A stretch of 64,000 nt of DNA from NCBI RefSeq assembly GCF_006345805.1, contig NC_043014.1, positions 48,608,001 through 48,672,000 on the forward strand, given 5' to 3'. Each line of letters begins with the position of its first letter. Positions within the stretch are counted from its first letter, which is position 1. A program made the position numbers and the translations under genes. The stretch comes from Octopus sinensis (lineage: Eukaryota). The notes below the pieces were generated by a model. It worked only from the letters and a program-made list of their open reading frames with translations. It was not told the DNA's origin and did not search any database. Positions 39,316 to 52,142 of this stretch are shown here, one piece after another.

Positions 39316-41242
39316 GCACACATACATGCATTTATTAGTTTGACAAGTAAAAACCTGAAACTCAAGTACTTGAGTAACACCCTGTTGATGCTATTAGCTT
39401 CAAACAAGTACATAACATATATATATATGTACAAATATACACACACATGCTCTCTTATATATAAATTGTAGATAATATGATGTCAAATGATTTCAGATAA
39501 TAGGCACATGCAGTTAGTGCTTTGGTCAAATTTATGCCTAAACTCCAACTTTGAATGTAGGAATGTGATGTTAGTTGTCTAAATGAAGATTAACTATTGG
39601 CAATGTATTGATCAAGCTGGTATATGAATAATAGAACAAAAGGAGAGACCAGCAAACAACAGGTATTGGTTCGGATTATTACATATTTATACAACATATA
39701 GAGGTATTGCAACTATTAAGAACTTCCACAGTAGAACTTTTATGCTAATCTCCTGCCATTCATACTCCCACCCCCATGCAGTTGCTGTTCTCTGTCTGTT
39801 GTATATTTATCATGATCTAATCTGATAACTGTTGTTTGCCTATCTATACTTTTGGTCTATTGTATATACATATGCATACACACATGTACGTATGTATTAT
39901 GTATGTATGGTACAGAATTCATTAGAATCCAGCCACATCATCATGTAGGATGCTAGGACTGGCTAGGTACCATAACGAGTTTACTGTGAGGTAAAAACTA
40001 CGAGGTGTCATTTGTTGGTACTATACTGCAGGTATATGTATGTATGTATACATACATATATATATATCGGCTTGCTTTCGAGACGTGTGCTTATAGTGAT
40101 AAATTATATGGTTATTGACGATTAAGTCTATTTCGGCATATTTGGTATTGAAATTTTTTTCTTTTGCCCTTGTTTATAAGTTGTTTATAAATTTAACCGT
40201 TAAAGGTATTTTTTTAATATGCTGGCCATTGATAAAATTTCTTTGAAAATTTTATCCTGTATTAGATGTAAAACGATATATATATAGGTACCAAATTCAA
40301 TATTAAACTGCAGATCCAACTCAGGGTTGATTCCAAGTGTGGCGTAGGTATAAAAGAACACCGGGACTCACAAAGGGGATGATAGGGGACCAAGACTCCA
40401 AGCAGTTTGCTGTGCTTGAAAAGATATGTGAAGCTAAGTAAAAGCCCAGTTGCCCTTGTATACAAGCTCGCCCCCTGCAATCCTCTTCAGCTGAGTATCC
40501 CTAATCTTATAGGTTTGTAGGTGCCGGTACCATGTAAAAAGCACCCGTGTCAGTACTGCATAAGAGCAACCTGTACAGTCTGTAAAGTGGTTGGTTGGAA
40601 TTAGGAAGGGCATCTAGCCATAGAAATCATGCAAAAACAAACATGGAGCCTGAACGGCCCTTCAGCTGGTCAGCTCCTGTCAAACCATCCAACCCATGCC
40701 AGCAATGGACATCGGTTGTTAAATGATGATGAAATAAGGTTTGAAAACTTACTGCAGCTGTTTTGGTAGCATTTTATTGATGCACCTATAGATTAACATC
40801 ACAGCATCATTGCATCATGCTCTGATGAAACTTTAAACATGTATAAACAGGCAAGATAAAAGCCTTGAACGTGATCTGTTCAACACCTAACATGTTGAGT
40901 AATATATACATATATATACATACCAAATGTTTTATGATTTTAAGCGTAAATTCAATGTGTTATATATGCAACATTGATTCGTATATATTTATATATTTAT
41001 ATATTACTATATTTTTAAACATCGGACTTTATATCTGTTCTGTAGATATAAATGAATATATGAATATATATATGATTTTTCTGTGGATTTTGTAATGTTC
41101 CTTTAGTTGTTTCCCCTCGGATTAATAAGTGCATACATACACATATACATACACACTCACACATGTATGTGAATAAAAGTTATTATTTGTTTGTTTTGTG
41201 CATTTATTTCAGTTTTCTTTTTTTTTGTCATTTTTCTTATAG

Positions 41243-41309
41243 GTTCAGTTGATTCTACAACAGATGCAAGATAAATTCCAAGAAATGTCAGACAAAATCA
41301 CCGGAAGAA
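41243..41309 (+). CDS. HSBP1: HSBP1 exon 2: [22 protein letters not shown]
   Basis: Polypyrimidine tract plus tag acceptor at 41242. Matches HSBP1 [22 protein letters not shown]. Followed directly by the U12 donor ATATCCTTT. Confidence 0.95.
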
Positions 41310-44300
41310 ATATCCTTTTTCTAAGCATTGAAGATTGGTGTTCTGCTAGCATTGGTTTAAATTTTTCATCCAGCAACCTCAATGCCAGCATCATTATCAT
41401 CATCATCATCCTTCATCATCATTTTTTTTTCCAAGTTGGCACAGTTTGGATGGGGTTCTTAGGACTAAACCTGGAACCATGTGGTTTGTAAGCAAGCTAC
41501 TTACCACACAGCCACTCCTACGCCTATACGTTTATGTATATGTGTGTATCAATTAACGAATACCTGGCAGGTGTGCAAATGTTCTCAATACTATTTGCAG
41601 TAGTAGAAGAAATGTACATATGTTAGGTATTCATTTATGCCACTTATATTTATTTCTTTATTGCCTACGAGGGGGGGGGGCTAAACATAGAGGGGACAAA
41701 CAAGACAAACATCGACCCCAGTGCGTAACTGGTACTTATTTAATCGACCCCGAAAACATGAAAGGCAAAGTCAACCTCGGCAGAATTTGAACTCAGAAAG
41801 TAACAGCAGACGAAATACTGCTAAGCATTTTGCCCGGCATGCTAATGAATATGCCAGCTTGCTGCCCTTTGTGCTACTTATATTTATTGTGTCTTGTATT
41901 GAGTCCTTTTTGAATCATTTCCCTTTCAGAGGAAATCCATGAACAACTTATCATCATCATCATTGTTTAATGTCTGCTTTCCGTGCTAGCATGGGTTGGA
42001 CGATTTGACTGAGGTCTGGCGAACCAGATGGCTGCACCAGGCTCCAATCTGATCTGGCAGAGTTTCTACAGCTGGATGCCCTTCTTAATACCAACCACTC
42101 CGAGAATGTAGTGGGTGCTTTTCTGTGCCACTGGTACGAGGGCCAGTCAGGCAGTACTGGCAACGGTCACACTCAAATGGTGCTTGTTATGTGTCACCTG
42201 CACAGGAGCCAGTCCAGCGGCACTGGCAACGACCTCGCTTGAATGTTTTTTCACGTGCCACCAGCACAAGTGCCAGTAAGGCGACACAGGTATTACTATG
42301 CATATATTTATATAAATATAAAAATGTGTATGTCACACATACACTCACATCCACACGGGAATTCCGGCACACACAACAGATGAATTTCGTCTGCTATGAT
42401 CTATCTGTGTACTTTTATGCACCAAACCCCTATATGGGAGGATCTCTCAAGGCTAATAGTGCCGTATTCAGTGTTCTAACAGAGCATCCTTGTTAAGTCG
42501 GATATATAAAATATTGTCTCATTGATTTGGGCCCAGTCATGCCTCAGCTTGTTACAGTCAACCAGTAGAAACCTGTTAATTTCTTGTTGCTATATAAACT
42601 ACTTAAAGCTCTGCCTGGGGTTTAGGTGCTTTTGTTGCATTGTCAGTTTTCTGTGTTAAGTTATAGGGACTGGTTGACTTATGCTTATCAAATGCTCAGT
42701 TTTTTTTTTGTCTTATTTATATTTGTTATTTGTTGTGTTACCCTATTTGTATTGAAATGTGTTGTGTATTTCAATTGATTTTCAAAATAACAATATGCTG
42801 GGAGTTACTAAAACAACTAGTTACTACATTATTAATTTGCAACTTGACAAAATATTCTTAGATAAATCTCTGATGGAAGGATTAATTTAAGTATAAACAT
42901 GTTCAGATTAAGGTTTCGTGTGTTGCAACACCAGGAGCAGTCAGAAGTGTGTTGGTCACAAATGGGGTTAAAGGGAATTTTATAATTATGTTCTGTAGGG
43001 ACACAATGTCTGTTTGGAGGAAGAGGTGATTAAATGCTGAACCAATTAAGTTTAAACTTATCTCTTGAGAAGATTAATCTTTGCTACGAGATAATGGATG
43101 CCATAATTGTGTTGTTTGTCTGTTCAGCAAACTAAGAAAATAGTAATTGTGGTAAGTAGCTTGTTTACCAACCACATGGCTCTGGGTTCAGTCCTACTGC
43201 GTGGCACCTTGGGCAAGTGTCTTCTACTATAGCCTCGGGCCAACCAAAGCCTTGTGAGTGGATTTGGTAGATGGAAACTGAAAGAAGCCTGTCGTATATA
43301 TGTATATATATATGTGTTTGTCCCCCTAGCATTGCTTGACAACCGATGCTGGTGTGTCTATGTCCCCGTTACTTAGCGGTTTGGCAAAAGAGACCGAAAG
43401 AATAAGTACTGGGCTTATAAAAGAATAAGTCCCAGGATCAAGTTGCTCGATTAAAGGCGGTGCTCCAGCATGGCCACAGTCAAATGACTGAAACAAGTAA
43501 AAGAGTAAAGAGTATATATATATATAGGTATGGCTGTGTGGTTGGGAGCTTCCTTCCCAGCCATATAGTTCCAGGTTCAGTCCCATTGCAAGGCACCTTG
43601 GGCAAGTGTCTTCTACTATGGTCCTAGGTCAACACAAAAAAGGCCTTGTGAGTGGATTTGGTAGACAGAAACTGAAAGAAGGCGGTGAGCTGGCAGAAAC
43701 GTTAGCACGTCAGGCGAAATGCTTAGCGGTATTTCATCTGCCGCTACGTTCTGAGTTCAAATTCCGCCGAGGTCAGCTTTGCCTTTCATCCTTTCGGGGT
43801 CAATAAATTAAGTACCAGTTATGCACTGGGGTTGATGTAATCGACTTAATCTCTTTGTCTGTCCTTGTTTGTCCTCTCTGTGTTTAGCCCCTTGTAGGTA
43901 GTAAAGAAATAGGTACTTCATCTGCTGCTAAGTTCTGAGTTCAAATTCCGCCGAGGTCAACTTTGCCTTTCATCCTTTTGGGGGTCAATAAATTAAGTAC
44001 CAGTTATGCACTGGGGTCGATGTAATCGACTTAATCCCTTTGTCTGTCCTTGTTTCCCCCCTCTATGTTTAGCTCCTTGTGGGCAATAAAGAAATAAGAA
44101 ACTGAAAGAAGCCTGTCGTGTGTGCATATGTGGGTGTGTCATTGTGTGTCTGTCCCTACCACTACTTGACAAACTTAGCAGTTTGGCAAAGAGAGAGCAA
44201 TAGAATAAGTACTGATTTGATAGAGAGAGTGAGCTAGTGTATGGCACATGCATTTGATCACTATAAACAAATCATGTGTGCAGGTCGTTTGGCAACAGCT

Positions 44301-44349
44301 GAACACTCTTCACATCGTCCTTGATGGGAGAGTCCATTATATTTTATAT

Positions 44350-44409
44350 ATATATATCAGTTATATCTATAGGTCTACATACATTGAAAAACTATACTTG
44401 TTTATGGTT

Positions 44410-44456
<47 letters not shown>

Positions 44457-44873
44457 ACACATGCACACTCTCCCTATATATATGTTATCAGTTATATATA
44501 GTTCTACATACACTATATTTGTCTATGGTATGCATGTGTATGTATGTATATATATATGTACTCTCTCTCTCTCTCACACACACACACTCCTCCTATATAT
44601 ATGTTATCAGTTCATTGTATATAGGTCTACATACATTGAAAAACTATACTTGTCTATGGTATGTGTGTGTGTATATATATATACTCTCTCTCACACACAC
44701 ACACTTCCTATATATATATATAATATATATATATATATATACGTGTTATCAGTTCATTATATATAGGTTTACACACACTGAAAAACTATACTTGTCTATG
44801 GTATGCATGTGTATGTATGTATGTGTGTGTGTGTATATATATATATAGACACATACACGTGCGCGCACACACT

Positions 44874-44917
<44 letters not shown>

Positions 44918-44975
44918 TATCAGTTATGTATAGGTTTACATACATTGAAAAACTATACTTGTCTCTGGTGTATGT
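44350..44975. repeat. Compound minisatellite: ~5 copies of TATAGGTCTACATACATTGAAAAACTATACTTGTCTATGG separated by variable microsatellite
   Basis: Conserved block recurs at approx. 44368, 44500, 44621, 44763 and 44930. Confidence 0.85.
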
Positions 44976-45754
44976 ACATACATTTGAGAGGACAAAATCA
45001 GGTGTTAAATGTCATTGTAAGCCACACATCAGCAGTGGTGACATTCTACTGGTCACTGACCACTGTCAGGATGACTGGTCACTGACCATTTGGTTGTTAA
45101 CTGGATAAACTAACATTTCAGTCTGTTGTGGCCGACACTGATATTGTAACATCACACACTAATTGATCATTAATATCTAATTACTAATTAGTTAGATGTG
45201 AACCCGTTATTAATTAGGTTATGATTCTGCAGTAATTAGAAATATTGTCTGATGTTGCTTTGACTCAGTAGATCAAATGAAACAGAAGTTTCTGACCTTT
45301 GACCTTTTGTAATTATACTTCTAATAGGTGCAGGTGTGGGTGTGAGGTAGGAATGCTCCATTCAGGCATGGTCATTGCCAGTGTCACCAGACTGGCCCCT
45401 ATGCCAGTGGCATTTAAAAAGCACCCACTACACTCTCGGAGTGGTTGGCATTAGGAAGGGCATCCAGCTGTAGAAACCTTGCCAGAACAGATTGGAATCT
45501 GGCACAGCCTTCTGCCTTGCCAGTCCTCGGTCAAACCATCCAACCCATGCCAGCATGGAAAGTGGACGTTAAAAGATGATGATGATATTTGTATTTATGT
45601 TCATGTGTTTGAAGAGCTTAATAGGTTTCTAGTATTAATGCAGTAATCATCATTGATTTCATGTGGTGAACTCTAATTTTAATTAATTGAGACTATATCT
45701 GTATGTAAAGGGAGTAAATACTGTTGAACAATGTTTAAGTCAACCAAATCAACT

Positions 45755-46085
45755 TGACCAACCAGTCCATCGTGCGTCTATTTGTCACCGCTGGTCACAG
45801 CACGCTGTCCACTCCTCTCTGGATCACACGTTCCTCATCCATGTGATCTCAATCGCCCTCCTGAAATCGTAATTCCACCGTTGTGGAGGCCTTCCAGGTG
45901 GTCGTTTCCACTCACGCAGGTACCACTCGACAACTGCGCAGGTCCACTGATTATCGGTGAGTCAGGTGACGTGTCCAGCCCATCTAAACTTGCTGCGTGT
46001 ATATTCTACGTTGACATCCCTCATGCCGGACTTCTCTCTGATGACCTCGCTACTGATGTGCTCTCTCAACGAGATTCCAAGCATT
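45755..46085 (-). mobile_element. 3' end of an RTE-clade LINE
   Basis: Minus translation KFRWAGHVT*LTDNQWT..VEW..KRPPGRPPQRW is the typical RTE ORF C-terminus. Confidence 0.85.
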
Positions 46086-46099
46086 AAGTCACTAAATAA

Positions 46100-46266
46100 A
46101 GGCAAAGGAACTTAAATAGCATATATAAGATTTCAGAATGTAAAATTATTAAAAAATTACATAATTTTTGCCTTTATAAGTCAACCAAATAAAGGCAAAA
46201 ATTATGTAATTTTTTAATAAGTTTACATCCCAAAGTCTCATATACGCTATTTAAGTTCCTTTGCCT
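46100..46266. repeat. AT-rich palindromic (hairpin) element
   Basis: AGGCAAAGGAACTTAAATAGC...GCTATTTAAGTTCCTTTGCCT, ~78-bp arms. Confidence 0.8.
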
Positions 46267-47705
46267 GGTCTGTTGGCATGAGTTTCTCAGGGTTATATAG
46301 AAGCAGGTATTTTGGTACATCACAAACTCCACTAACTCACAGTAGTTCTACAGAATTTATATTTCTACAACAGCAGTCTGTCATGGACCACTGCCAAGTG
46401 TCCTGTAATGTTTTGATGACATTACTTGTCAATCAGTCGTCAATCCCTGTTGACACAGTCACTTTAATGACACTATAGGATTAGTCTTTAATCTTGGATT
46501 ATACATACATTAATCACCACAACCTCACCGACTGACTTGTCAGACTGGAATTAATCTATGTTATTATATTCACCTTCCTGTTGACAAACTTCTTGTCTGT
46601 AACCCTGGATATAAGGCCCTTGTTGGCTGTTGTCAACTGAAGCCACCTAAACCCAGAATTTGTGATGTGCATTAGAAGTAGATAATATGGCAAGGAGTCG
46701 GGGGGTTAGGGTAGTGTTCAGCAGATAAGGGTGACAACTCTAGACAAGTCCCAGCCTTATTACATCTCCTTAGTAGGTAACGTAATGAAGAAGGATAATG
46801 TGGTGTTTAGCAGAGAAGAGTGACAAATCTAGCCATGATTTTAGTTTTATTAGACCTTCTTAGATAGGATAACAAGAGAAAGATAGTGTGTTAAGAAGCT
46901 GACAAGGACGAGAACTCTAGATATGTTTCAGTCTTATTCTACTTCTTTAAGTTATCGGAAATCATCATAATAATTTAACATCCGCTTTCCATGCTGGCAT
47001 CGGATGGTTTGACAGTTGCTGGCCAGACAGAAGACTGCACCATGCCTCTCTGTTTTGGTATCGTTTTTACAACTGGATGCCCTTCATAACACCAACAATG
47101 AACTCTATTACGTCTTGGATACTTTTTCTCAGTTGAATATCCAATGTCATGTATATATATATATATATATATGAACAAAGCATTCAAGCGAGGTTGTTGA
47201 CAGTGCCGCTGGACTGACTCCTGTACAGGTGGCACGTAAAAAACACCATTTCGAGCGTGGCCATTGCCAGTACTGCCTGACTGGCCCTCATGCCGGTGGC
47301 ACTTTAAAAGTACCCGCTACACTCTTGGAGTGGTTGGCATTAGGAAGGGCATCCAGCTGTAGAAACTCTGTCAGATCAGATTGGAGTCTGGTGCAGCCAT
47401 CTGGTTCGTCAGTCCTCAGTCAAATCGTCCAACCCATGCCAGCATGGAAAGCAGATGTTAAAGGATGAGGATGATATAGTGTGTGAATATTATTATATGT
47501 GTGTGTGTGTTTGTATGATATTTGTATATATTTATTTTATTTTATCTAGTTTCAGCTCATGAGCTGTGGCCATGCTGGGGCACCGCCATTAAAAAGAAAC
47601 CTGTTTATATATAATATTTCTTAGCTGAAATATTTTGTCTTCTGTTGCCGTTTAATTAACAATTTTTTAGTCTGCCATTTGATTATTTTCCTTAACTTTT
47701 GCTAC

Positions 47706-47791
47706 TGGATGAAATGGCAAAACGAATTGACGACCTGGAGAAAAACATTGCTACAATAATGACCGATGCCGGTTTGGACAACATTGAATAG
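47706..47791 (+). CDS. HSBP1: HSBP1 exon 3: (M)[27 protein letters not shown]
   Basis: Matches HSBP1 [23 protein letters not shown]. TAG at 47789-47791. Absent from the ORF track because it is short. Confidence 0.95.
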
Positions 47792-48074
47792 TGTGATTGG
47801 ATTTTCTTTTATCATTGATGTTTAAAATATTCCCATGTTCTCTCTCTCTCTCACACACACACGACATCTCTTATGAATGGAGCAGCAGCAACAACAACAA
47901 CAGCAGGAACATGGTGGTGGTGATGCTGGTGGTAGCAGAGCAGAACTTGTATCTTGATAACGACATATTGATATAAAGTTTTTTCTGATTTGTACATTCT
48001 GCTTGCACAATCCATTTCGGAGTGAGTGTCTTTATCTTCCTGTATTCATGAAACTAACTTGCAAGCTATGAAGA

Positions 48075-48080
48075 ATTAAA
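48075..48080 (+). terminator. Candidate HSBP1 polyadenylation signal ATTAAA
   Basis: About 285 nt after the stop codon and followed by a T/GT-rich tract. Confidence 0.4.
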
Positions 48081-48917
48081 CACATGATTTACATTTCATT
48101 GTTTTTGTTGATTTTTATCTACTCTGTCCGTGCTGGTGGCACGTAAAAAGCACCATCCAATCGTGGACGTTGCCAGCCTCCCCTGGCACTTAAAAAGCAC
48201 CAGCCAATTGTGGCCGTTGCCAGCCTTAACGGGCACGTAAAAAGCACCCACTACACTCAACGGAGTGGTTGGCGTTAGGAAGGGCATTGAGCTGTAGAAA
48301 CACTGCCAGATCAGACTGGAGCCTGGTGCAGCCTCCTGGCTTCCCTGACCCCGGTCGAACTGTCCAACTCATGCTAGCATGGAAAACGAACCGTCCTACC
48401 GATGATGATGAAGTATCTCTCTTCCCGGGTTTTACTGCTTCACTTTAATTTCTAACACAAGGCCACATTGGTGGATAGAGGTGGGAGTGATTGATTTTAT
48501 TAAACTCCAGGAAGGACAAAAAGCCATATTGCGTTTAGTAGGATTTGAATTCATGCTGTATCATGTTGTAAATCTAATGCTAAAAAGTTGTCTGTGCACT
48601 ATTTGCATTACTTGAGAAAAACACACATTGTTATTTGCCCTCCTCCTCTTCTTCTATGTGTGGAGGTACATGGCTTAATGGTTAGGGTGTCAGACTCATG
48701 ATTGTAAGTTTGTGGTTTTGATTCTTGGACCCGGCAACACATTGGATTCTTGAGCAAAACACTTTGTTTCACGTTTGCTGTCCTCTCAGCTGTAAAGGGT
48801 AACCCTGTGACAGACTGGTGTCCCTTCTGTGGGGAGGAAACCAGGAAACTGGCCCTCTTTATCCTCTTCAATCTAAGAATACAATCTATTAGCTGCCAGT
48901 GGAAGCACTGTAAACTA

Positions 48918-49463
48918 TTGGGTTGTCTGGAAAGTTTGTGCCAATTTATAATAGCTTAACTTTCGACTTATTTTAGAACATGGTTGAGTCCATAAAATAG
49001 GATTTGACTACACCTCCATTTAGAGCACAGTTTATGCTATCTTTTCATGGAAGAAGGTTTATGTTCCTATAACCTGTGTTAATTCTGTAACCCTTTAAAA
49101 TGGAAGATAAGAAAGTTTATTTTTGGCACTTGATGCTTTGGGAAGCAGACAAAAATTGCTGAAGCTTGGCTGGGATGTGTTACCTCACCCTCCATATTCA
49201 CCAGATATTGCTCCTTCGGATTTCCACTTATTCAGGTCTCTGTAGAATAGTCTTAATGGTAAAAATTTCAATTCCTTGGATGATGTAAAAAGATACCTTG
49301 ATGAATTCTTTGCCATGAAACCACTTCCATTCTGGGGAGAGGGTATTTTCAAGTTAAAAGAAAGATGGAGACACATTGTGCATATTTGGTTGATATAACG
49401 GCAAGTATTTATTGATCTTTTTCTTTCCTTTAAAAATCGGCACAAACTTTCCGGACAACCCAA
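48918..49463 (+). mobile_element. Internally deleted mariner transposon with transposase C-terminal relic
   Basis: TA-flanked TIRs TTGGGTTGTCTGGAAAGTTTGTGCC / GGCACAAACTTTCCGGACAACCCAA. Translation GWDVLPHPPYSPDIAPSDFHLFRSL*...KERW contains the mariner YSPDLAPxD motif. Confidence 0.93.
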
Positions 49464-49604
49464 TAGAATTTTAAAAATGAGCATGTGGCAAGCTGTTTCT
49501 GTGATCTGCGGTTTTTGTTTCAATAACTGAAATCATTTCACAGTTCTTCAATAAAGCCTGTTGTAAAGTCATGAATGTCACAACTTCCTGGTGAAAATGA
49601 AGTA

Positions 49605-49824
49605 CGAAGGGATGCTGAAAAGTTCCTGACTTTGGGTGAAAGAAAATACAGGAGGATCAGTTAATTATGATTATATTCAACATATTCCCCTCTCAACATA
49701 TTCACACACTTATTGCAGCGGCCCTTCAGTTTTTCTAAGCCCTGTAAAAGAACTTGGAAGTTTGGGCCTCCAACAAGGTCTTTCGTGATACCCTTAAAGC
49801 CAGGAACTTTTCAGCGACCCCTTG
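49605..49824. mobile_element. Mariner-derived MITE
   Basis: TA-flanked TIRs CGAAGGGATGCTGAAAAGTTCC / GGAACTTTTCAGCGACCCCTTG. A second, inverted copy lies at 50316-50657. Confidence 0.8.
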
Positions 49825-50315
49825 TATTTGTAACAAGTGTTTATATAACAGACCTATTACTGATAAATAATTATTTACTAACTTGGTGCTTCGTTTCCAC
49901 TTGAGTTGTAAATTTTCTATGGAAATAATAACAATAGAGCTGATTGTTTAGTGATTATCTCTGAAGGTTAGATTGGTTATTGATCACCTACTCTACTGAC
50001 TGGGCAAACAGAGCTAGTGAGATCAATAGTGAGTTGTGTGTCGTGACATTGGTGACACTATCGTGTCCTTGGCTAATGTACCTAACACTTACAACAGGTG
50101 TGTTTTTAATTCACGGAACATTAAATAATTTAGAAATACACATCAGCATAGGTGTAGCTGTGTGGTAAGTAGTTTGTTTCTCAACCACATGGTTCTGGGT
50201 TCAGTCCCACTGTATGGCATTTTGGGCAAGTGTCTTCTACTATAGCCTCAGTGGATTTGGTAGACAGAAACTGAAAGAAGTCCATCATGTGTGTATATGT
50301 ATATATACATACACA

Positions 50316-50657
50316 CGAGGGGGTGCTGAAAAGTTTTTAGTATATTCTGGCACTCCCAATATATTTTGCCTGCTCCTTATTTCATTAAATTATTGACCAA
50401 AAAAAGAAAAAACAAATATTGCCACTGTTTCAACTGTAGGGATTCTTACTAAAAGGGAACCAGTTTATTCCAGAGTTATTTTAGAAATTAAATGATTTCA
50501 AGATGCCTGGTTGGAGGTCCAACCTTCTGAGTTCTTTTCTGGGGTTAGAAGAACTGAAGGACCGCTGCAATAAGTGTGTGAATATGTTGAATAAAATCAC
50601 AACTAATCCTCCTGTATTTTCTTTTACCCAAAGCCAGAAACTTTTCAGCACCCCTTT
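50316..50657. mobile_element. Second copy of the mariner MITE carrying a ~175-bp foreign insertion
   Basis: TIR CGAGGGGGTGCTGAAAAG. 50507-50657 is the reverse complement of the MITE at 49605; 50329-50506 is unrelated to it. Confidence 0.75.
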
Positions 50658-51775
50658 GATTGTGTGTGCCTTTCTGTCTGTCCTCACCACTGTTTGATAA
50701 CCAGTGTTGGTTTGTTTACGTCCCTGTGACATAGCAATCTGGCAAGAGAGGGACCAGAATTCAAAAAGGAACAGTACTGGTGGTTGATTCGTTCGATTAA
50801 AATTCTTTGAGTTGGTACCCCAGCATGGCCACAGCATAGTGACTGAAACATGTAAAATCTATAAGATCTCGTGTGGCAAAGCTTTCATCATTTTAATATC
50901 TAGGCACAGGCATGGCTGTGTGATAAGAAATTTAGTTCTGAGTTCAGTCCTAGTTCATAACACCTTAGGCAAGTGTCTTTCACTATAGCCCTATACAGAA
51001 ACAGAAAGGGTACAGCAGGGATCGCCACCGCCCCCTGACGGAGCCTCATGGAGCTTTAGGTGTTTTCGCTCAGTAAACACTCACAACGCCCGGTCTTGGA
51101 ATCGAAACCGCGAGTCCGCTGTCCTAACCACTGGGCCACTGCGCCTCCACTCTCTAGAAATAAGGAAGGTAAGTTAGAGTTAGCTATTCCGTTAGTCTAC
51201 ATTTCAAATATGCTCCCTCGAAATATTTGTGGTGAGAAAAGAGCCATCGCAATAAGGAAATGGCTATTATCCTTTCAGCAGCCGAGCACGCATGGGAGAC
51301 AACTGTTGACGTTTTTAGTCTTATTTATTCTGACCTACGACGACATTGAATCGACGCTTTGCTAAGGTCAAAGTACAAAAAAAAAAGGCCCAGAGTTATT
51401 TCCCTTGACTAATAATCCTTTGTACTCGAAAATTTGGCAGAGGGGCTTGTCGATTATATTGACCCCCAGTGCTCAACTGGTACTTATTTCATCGACCCTG
51501 GAAGGATGAAAGGCAAAGATGACAACCTATTTTTGCTAGCTGAGTGAACTAGAGAACGTGAAATGAAAGGTTTCATTCAAGAGCACAACACATGGCCGGG
51601 TTCAAGGAATCAAAACAATAATCTTATAATCAGGAGCGCAACACCCTAACCACTAAGCCACCGGCCTCTCATCATATATTTTATGCTGTCTTAAATATGA
51701 AACATTAACTCAAATGTTTTCATTCAGATAGCATCTTGAAATCATTTAATTTCTAAAATAACTCTGGAATAAACT

Positions 51776-52142
51776 CTCTCTCTATTTTACTTGTTTCAGT
51801 CATTTGACTGCGGCCATGCTGGAGCACCGCCTTTAGTCGAGCAAATCGACCCCGGGACTTATTCTTTGTAAGCCCAGTACTTATTCTATCAGTCTCTTTT
51901 GCCGAACCGCTAAGTGACGGGGACGTAAACACACCAGCATCGGTTGTCAAGCAATGCTAGGGGGACAATCACAGACACATGACAGGCTTCTTTCAGTTTC
52001 CGTCTACCAAATCCACTCACAAGGCTTTGGTCGGCCCGGGGCTATAGCAGAAGACACTTGCCCAAGATGCCACGCAGTGGGACTGAACCCGTAACCATGT
52101 GGTTGGTTAACAAGCTACTTACCACACAGCCACTCCTGCGCC
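51776..52142 (-). mobile_element. Young tRNA-derived SINE, family B (CORE-like CCTTGGGCAAGTG), with TAAACT target-site duplication
   Basis: TAAACT at 51770-51775 and 52143-52148. Close copies at approx. 18367-18914, 23186-23596, 25315-25706, 30740-31063, 43148-43510, 55667-56038. Confidence 0.9.

Larger units (their letters stand above)
41310..47705 (+). other. HSBP1: U12-type (minor spliceosome) AT-AC intron, 6396 nt, phase 1
   Basis: 5' splice site ATATCCTTTT at 41310, branch site TTTTCCTTAAC at 47686-47696, terminal AC at 47704-47705. Splicing gives A+TG=Met and restores the HSBP1 frame. Confidence 0.93.

Noticed and set aside
40812-40880. CTGATGA motif (also 5106 on +, 53870 on -)
   Set aside because: No helix II or GAAA for a hammerhead, and no supported C/D snoRNA terminal stem.
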